From assembly GCA_964016885.1 (NCBI GenBank), contig OZ024745.1, forward strand, positions 37,200,001 through 37,264,000: 64,000 bases of DNA. The letters are read 5' to 3'. The stretch's first letter is position 1, and each line of letters opens with the position of its first letter. Under the pieces are notes generated by a model that searched no databases, was not told the origin of the DNA, and saw only the letters and a program-made list of their open reading frames with translations. Positions 56,911 through 64,000 of the stretch are shown here, piece after piece. The stretch comes from Eledone cirrhosa. Its lineage: Eukaryota. Both the position numbers and the translations under genes were made by a program.

Positions 56911-58932
56911 GAAGGAATCAGATGAAAATGTGTTGAACACAACACAAGCTTACCAACAAGAAACTGCGTGCAAAAAGTGAACACACTCACACACATACAT
57001 ACACACACCCAGACATACACATACAAACATACATACACATACAAACACACATAATCATGCTCACTCATAAACACATACACACAAATACAGACACGAACAT
57101 AATACTTACATTGTACACACACACACAAGCACACACGTCCACGTAAACAAATACATGTACGCACACACTCACACTCACTAATACACGGGCACATACACAC
57201 AAACACTTAAACCTACGCATTCATGTTTACACACACATACTCTCTATCCCACACACGCATACAAACTACATCACACAAACTTAAACACACAAACTACAGC
57301 ATCACACATACACTCAGATACACTTATAAATATAAATATATATATACTCACTCACTTACACTTTCCCTCTCACCCACAGAGGTACAACTCACACATACAT
57401 AGGCATACGCACAGGCATACGCACTCACAAAGGCATTCAAAGCATATACACACAAACATACACGCACATATACAAACGTATTGAGAAGTACACAAACACA
57501 ACACACACTCACAATGTCACATAGTGCAGTGCAGCGGGTGTCTAGCACGCTGTGGTACAATTACAATAACCAGAAAGGCGATGCAGTTAATTGTTGTGAG
57601 TGCATCACATACACTGTGTCATTGAATACGACCCAGACCACAATAGTTGTGCATAGGGGTGCAGAATCAATGTAAGAACCCACTCTAAAATTAATAGAAT
57701 ACATTTTTATTAAGAATACAACTTAGGAAAACTGACAAAATGAAAGATACAAAAAAAAATTAATCATTTTTTTTTTTTTATATATAGAGGGGAAGGTACG
57801 GTGTATATCTCAGCTGCGCCCGTGTGGACGAAATGAGGGAATTATTTACCAGGTAGAAGAGCCACCAACTGATACTGCATGAGACCTTCTCCTTCACAGG
57901 ACCATTTCTACATCCTTAGTTAGATAGTATATTTTTCAGCTGTGTCGCAGGTGATAGACAACGTGTTTTGGAGTTTTTACAACAGGCGGAGCCAATCCTT
58001 CTCAAGATCTGAACTCAAAGCGCAGAAACCCAGATCGAATACTGCAAAGCAATCTATTCGACGCTTTAATGACTCTGCCAATTTTCTCCCTTAACTATTA
58101 TACTCTGATTTATCCAGACTAGTGTTGTCAAATTAGTTATTATTAGACACAATGTTTCGACCTTGAATTCACTCCCTGGGTCACTTTATCAGCCATGGAG
58201 ATCCTTTTTTAAACGTGACATCCTCTCCCCGATCTAGAATTAATGAAACACAGTTGAAATAATTAATGAAACAGTTAAAAGTAAAACAAAAATAGGAGTA
58301 GGGTTGCACTCCGTGGACAAAAGATAGAAGGAATTGTTGAGGAGAACATCCAGCGATATCTGCTGTATCAGCCCTTCTATCTCATAGGGTCCTTTCTTCA
58401 AGCGCGATGCCCACGTGCCTATTTGTCAGAGAAAACCGTCAGTTTCCTAGGATTGATGAGGACAGTGAAGGTTTCAATGCTGACCATCATAAAAATAAAA
58501 TGACCAGGTCAGTGCCTGGTGCTTGGTCATCTACCGCCTCTTCGCGTTGTGTGAAATAGCAATAAAGTGCATTGTAAAAAGAAAAAGCACAAAAAATAGT
58601 TTGATTTTAACTTCACATGATCATTGCCTAGCAACTAAAAACAATAAAAGTGAATAATAGAATACAGAGGTAGCTTTAAGTGTAGACAATGTAATAAGTA
58701 CAATGAGACAACTCTCTACATCGTTCCTGGAACAGAAATGGAATCGGTCAGTCAATAATCGTTATTTATTTGGTCATACTCCGTTCCTCTGCGTTGCGAA
58801 TAACTTAAACAAAAATACAAATATTCACCTTTGGTCATCTAAACATCTAAAGTCTTCAATTTCCTGAAAAATAACGGGAGGCTGTTGTGATGTTGAGTGA
58901 TGGCGGGTTCTAAAAAATATCGTTAAATTTCA

Positions 58933-59421
58933 TAATAATAATTGTTTCTACTTTTGGCACAAGGCCAGCAATTATCCCAGTGTATTACTGGTACTTTATT
59001 TTATCGACCCCGTAAGGATGACAGGTAAAGTTAACCTCGGCGGGATTTGAACTCAGAAGGTAAAGGGCCATAACTCTGTGCTGCTAAGTATAGCGTCTGA
59101 TGTTCTACCGATACTGCCAATAAAAATTGTTTCTACTCATGGCACAAGGCCAGAAATTACCCAGTGCATTACTGGTACTTTATTTTATCGACCCCGTAAG
59201 GATTAAAGGCAAAGTTAACTGCCAATAATAATAATTGTTTCTACTTTTGGCACAAGGCCAGCAATTACCCAGTGCATTACTGGTACTTTATTTTATCGAC
59301 CCCGTAAGGATGAAAGGCAAAGTTAACCTCGGCGGGATTTGAACTCAGAATGGCAAGGGCCGTAACTCTATGCCTCAAAGCATGGCGTCCGACCCTCTAC
59401 CAATACTACCAATCCACCGCC
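58933..59421 (-). mobile_element. SINE family 1, tandem trimer (middle copy internally deleted)
   Basis: Units 58933-59121, 59122-59225, 59226-59421. Confidence 0.85.
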
Positions 59422-59745
59422 AATAATAATAATGACTGATAATGATAATAATAAGAATAAGAAGGAGGAGAAGGGTAAGAGAACTAACGCAGGAGATTAT
59501 GATGATGATGATGGTTACTAAAAACTACGAGATGAAGAAGACAAAAACGAAGAAGAAGAAGAATACAAATATAAATAGAAAACATGCACCACACACACAC
59601 TACATGCATATATATGCTTATATTTCTATATATAATATATATGAGATAGAGATAGATTGATAGATAGATAGATAGATAGAGAGATAGAGAGAGAGAGAGG
59701 GATGTGTATATGTGTATATATATATATATACATATATATACATAT

Positions 59746-60050
59746 ATGATGGCTGCCCCCCTCGTTATCGAGTATGGCCATTGCATGATATACCATTATT
59801 AATAATTATTAATTAATTCTATGTGCGTGAAGATATCTTTTAAAGTGAGGAAAGACTGTGCACAGAGCCAATCCCATTCACTGAGCGATAGTAGCTATAA
59901 CCCGAAAAGAAGAAAAGATCAACATCATCGGTAACTACTGAGCCACAGGTTTTATATGGGAGTTATCCCAGTTTCCTGAGTTGCCGTCTCCTAGAAGAGT
60001 GCCCTGACAAAGGCTAGGGTTCCTTCACTCCCAGTGGTTTAACCGCGCGG
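59746..60050 (-). mobile_element. Older relative of the RTE-derived element
   Basis: ATGATGGCTGCC..CGAGTATGGCCA and CTCCTAGAAGAGTGCCCTGACAAAGGCTA blocks. Confidence 0.55.
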
Positions 60051-60183
60051 TACATACATACACACACACACAAATATATGTATATGTGTGTGCTTATATA
60101 TACATATACATGCTCGTGTACATATATAAGCACACACGCACATATATGTATGTGTGTGTGTCTGTATGTACATATGTATCTAT

Positions 60184-60795
60184 ATGTCAGGTCACCAGTT
60201 GGTGGTACTGGTAACATGTATCCCAGTACAACCTGTCTCATGGTCGGGTCGTTGGCGACTAAACTGGCAACCCCACCAAGGTTTCTTGGTGAGGAGGGTG
60301 ACTTTGGACATCCTGCAGGACTAAAAACAAAACCTGTCAAAGGGCAAAGGAGCTCTTAAGAGTCAATGGCCATCCAAAATCACCGGGAGAGATGGCCCCT
60401 TAGCCTTTGTCAAGGCAGAATTCTAGGAGAAGGAAAACTCTGATATAACACCTGCAACCCTGATGGTATCCAATGATGTTGACTTGTTCTTCTTTTTGGT
60501 ACATATCATCTTGTTTAAGAGAGTGGGACTGGCTTTGTGCAGTGCCTTTGCTCACTATAAAAGCTTCACGGCACAGGCATTGCTTTATATCTGGAGATCT
60601 CTCTGCACTTGTCGTCAGATGGTACCATGGGCCCAGCACTATGTGTCAATAATTGTCAAAAGTGTAGTGTTTGTACCAGAGTTTTCAAGTCGCTGGCTGG
60701 ATTAAAAAGTCACACTCGTTCAGCGCATCCGTAGGGGTTCTCCTACATGGATATAAAGTAGTGGCCGTACTCGAAAACGAGTTGGCAGCCACCAT
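60184..60795 (+). mobile_element. RTE-derived bipartite element (full length, ~610 bp)
   Basis: RTE 5'UTR-like CTAGGAGAAGGAAAACTCTGA fused to the C2H2-coding 3' end; ends GGCAGCCACCAT plus microsatellite. Confidence 0.82.
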
Positions 60796-61116
60796 GTATG
60801 TATATATATATATGTATGTATAATCTATATAAAATGCTAATACAAAATGTAGATATATTGTCATCCAGACTGTGGTACAGACACCAGGCTAAACTGAACA
60901 TTTCAACAAATTTTGGACACAATACATGCATAGAGAATGGTTTTATATTTTTCTTCGTATTTCAGATATATATTTATAGCGATGTGTCATCGCAAGCATG
61001 CAAGAGTGGAGTGCTGGCCGAAAACATTTAAGAAAATAACGAAATTCTGTGTTAAATAATCGTTGCATATTAAAATAGCTAACAATAATATACGTTTGAC
61101 AATTCTACCAATCCAT

Positions 61117-62010
61117 TATAATGTTTCTACTTTTGGCACAAGACCAGCAAATACCCAGTACATTACTGGTACTTTATTTTATCGACCCCGTAAGGATGTA
61201 AAGGAGGCAAAGTTAACCTTGACGGGATTTGAACTCATACTGTAAAGGGGCGAAATTATGCTAGAAATCATGGCGTCCAACCCTCTACCGATACTGCCAA
61301 TTCACCAATTCATTATAATGGCTTCTAATTTAGCCTCAAGGCCGGTAATTTTTGAGAGGAGGGAAAAGACAATTACATAATTGCCAGGTCTTGATTGGTA
61401 TTTTATTTTATCGACCTCGGAAAGATGATAAACAAAGTTGACTTCAGTGGGGTTTGAAACTAGAATGTAAAGAACAATAATAAATCCTACAACGCATTTT
61501 CTTCCGTGCCTTAACAATGGGGCTGATCCATTATAATAATGATAAGGGTTTCTAATTTAGGTACAAGGCCAGCAATTTGGAGTATGGTGCAACTCGGTAA
61601 AATTGACTCTAGTAGTTGACTGGTACTTTATTTTATCTTCTCCAGAAGGATGAAAGGAAAGTTGACCTCGGCGGGATTTGATCTCAGAACGTGAAGATTT
61701 GTCACTAAATACAATAACTCGAAATGACTGTCAATCCACGAAAATAATTTATTTTATCGATTCCTGAAGGATCAAATGAAGAGTTGACCTCGCCTGAATT
61801 GAACTAAGAGTATAAAGAAACAGAACATATACCGCAAAGCACTTTTGTTGACTCCCTAATAATTTTACTAATCCATAATAATAAAGATTTCTGATTTAGG
61901 CAGAAAGCCACCAATTTTTGGAGGAGTAGGCAAAGGCGATTACATTGCCTCCAGTACTTGAGTCGTACTTCATTCTTTACTTTTGGAAGGATGAAAGGCA
62001 AAGTTACTTT
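61117..62010 (-). mobile_element. Cluster of ~5 co-oriented SINE family 1 copies of differing age
   Basis: Repeated TTTCTAATTTAG/GTACTTTATTTTATCGAC/AAGGATGAAAGG/GATTTGAACTC blocks. Confidence 0.75.
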
Positions 62011-62195
62011 CATAGTAACATGTATTATTAATGTAATATGTGTTTTAGAAAATTATGTTATGTATTTATTTGGAGATTTATGATGAGAGATGATGTGTTG
62101 AAACTGAAACAATAATGTTGGGGAAGAGTCCTGGCAGCTATATATATATATAGCACTATAATTGTGTGTGTCTGTGTGTCTGTGTGTCTGTGTGC

Positions 62196-62237
<42 letters not shown>

Positions 62238-62243
<6 letters not shown>

Positions 62244-62623
62244 GATATTAATAAATGGAAACTATATTTATAAAACCATATTTATTTCATTATACATATT
62301 TCAGGGATACCAAATTAAATTATGGTATGCCTTCATCAGACAAAATACAACATATAACAGTTTTACAAATAAGCTTTGACGTACCCTATTAAAATGCAAC
62401 CATTGTTTTTGGAAGTCATCCGGATAGTTGTATTTTGTCTGATGAAGGCATACCATAATTTAATTTGGTATCCCTGAAATATGTATAATGAAATAAATAT
62501 GGTTTTATAAATATAGTTTCCATTTATTAATATCGTATATCTACTCCAAATACTTGTCGAGTGCTTTATATCAGTTATAAAAATATTTACTTGTTGTATC
62601 CCAACAATTTTAAATAGAACTTT

Positions 62624-62626
<3 letters not shown>
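62238..62626 (+). mobile_element. Fold-back hammerhead mini-element, family C
   Basis: Arms 62238-62351 / 62427-62540, 75-nt spacer, tail to (TA)n. Confidence 0.85.
62431..62495 (+). ncRNA. Type-I hammerhead ribozyme (family C; antisense twin 62283-62347)
   Basis: TATTTTGT-CTGATGA-AGG-C-ATACCA-loop-TGGTAT-C-CCT-GAA-ATATGTAT-A^-ATGAAATA. Confidence 0.82.
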
Positions 62627-62703
<77 letters not shown>

Positions 62704-62823
62704 CATATGTTTGTGTGTGTGTGTACGTGTGTTGGTATATATATATATATATGTGTGTGTACATATATTTGTATATATACATATATACATATATACATAC
62801 ATATATATATTTATGTATATATA

Positions 62824-63345
<522 letters not shown>

Positions 63346-63346
63346 T

Positions 63347-63380
<34 letters not shown>

Positions 63381-63391
63381 TACATACATGA

Positions 63392-63600
63392 TCCCTTGAT
63401 AGGAAAGAAGACAGAGTGGGTTTGGCAGAAGACAATGTTCAAATGTTGGCAAGAGAACCAAGCTGTAAAGTAAGTGAAGTAATTAGTGTTGTAGAAGAAA
63501 AAATAATGAACTGTGATTATCTGACATGTAGAAGTAGAGTGATGGGAGTGGCTGTTTCTCCGCCCTAGCCCTCTGGTGAGTAGATGTGAAACACTATAAT
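63392..63600 (-). pseudogene. Possible decayed class A GPCR ECL1-TM3 fragment
   Basis: LLTRGLG..STSTCQI..HYFFFY..YFTAWF..SVFFPIK resembles peptide-receptor TM3 flanks; the DRY/ER motif is absent. Confidence 0.3.
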
Positions 63601-64000
63601 TTTTGATCGAGTAATATTTATATCCATAGCTATTTGAATATTTAATCTTGCGTTTTATCTGAGGGTTTACTATCTTACCTAACTTTATCACCATTGCTTC
63701 TTCAATAAAATAGATATATGTTTTTATTCATCCTTTATACATCTAACGCTGCATGACAGAACGAGAAAGAGAGAGGGTGGGAGAGAAAGTGACTGAGTGA
63801 GCGTGAGAAAAACACACACACATACGGACATATAAAAAAGGAACGAACGGACAAACTAAAGAAAGAAAGAAAGAATGAAGGAAGGAAGGAAGGAAGGAAT
63901 GGGTGAATAAAAAAATATGAATGAAAAAAGAAAGAATCGACAATGACGATTTATTTATTGGCCTTGGAAAGATGAAAGGCAAAGTTGATCCTCAACAGGA

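Overview
AT-rich, repeat-saturated eukaryotic DNA. The tRNA-derived SINE families, RTE-derived elements and very long (TA)n/(CA)n tracts match what I recall of coleoid cephalopod (Octopus-type) genomes; this is an inference. I see no intact host CDS, and almost all ORF-track entries are microsatellite artefacts. The real coding content is two Penelope-like retroelements (PLEs; RT plus C-terminal GIY-YIG): a 5'-truncated copy at ~18.4-21.0 kb and a near-complete copy with 568-bp pseudo-LTRs at 21.5-25.5 kb. There is also a decayed Tc1/mariner (maT-like) transposon, several LINE relics, and weak candidates for host promoters and pseudo-exons. The most striking signal is a set of at least 6 unrelated families of small non-coding elements (about 70-900 bp). 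They sit inside (TA)n tracts and carry type-I hammerhead ribozyme folds, mostly with palindromic stem III and some with non-canonical cores (CUAUUGA, CCGAUGA; CCGUUGA in the PLE2 pLTR). Most are fold-backs with back-to-back ribozymes. In several, the short arm stops 1-4 nt before a shared TACTC...GAGTRC hairpin. This looks like a (TA)n-targeting PLE / non-autonomous retrozyme-like system.
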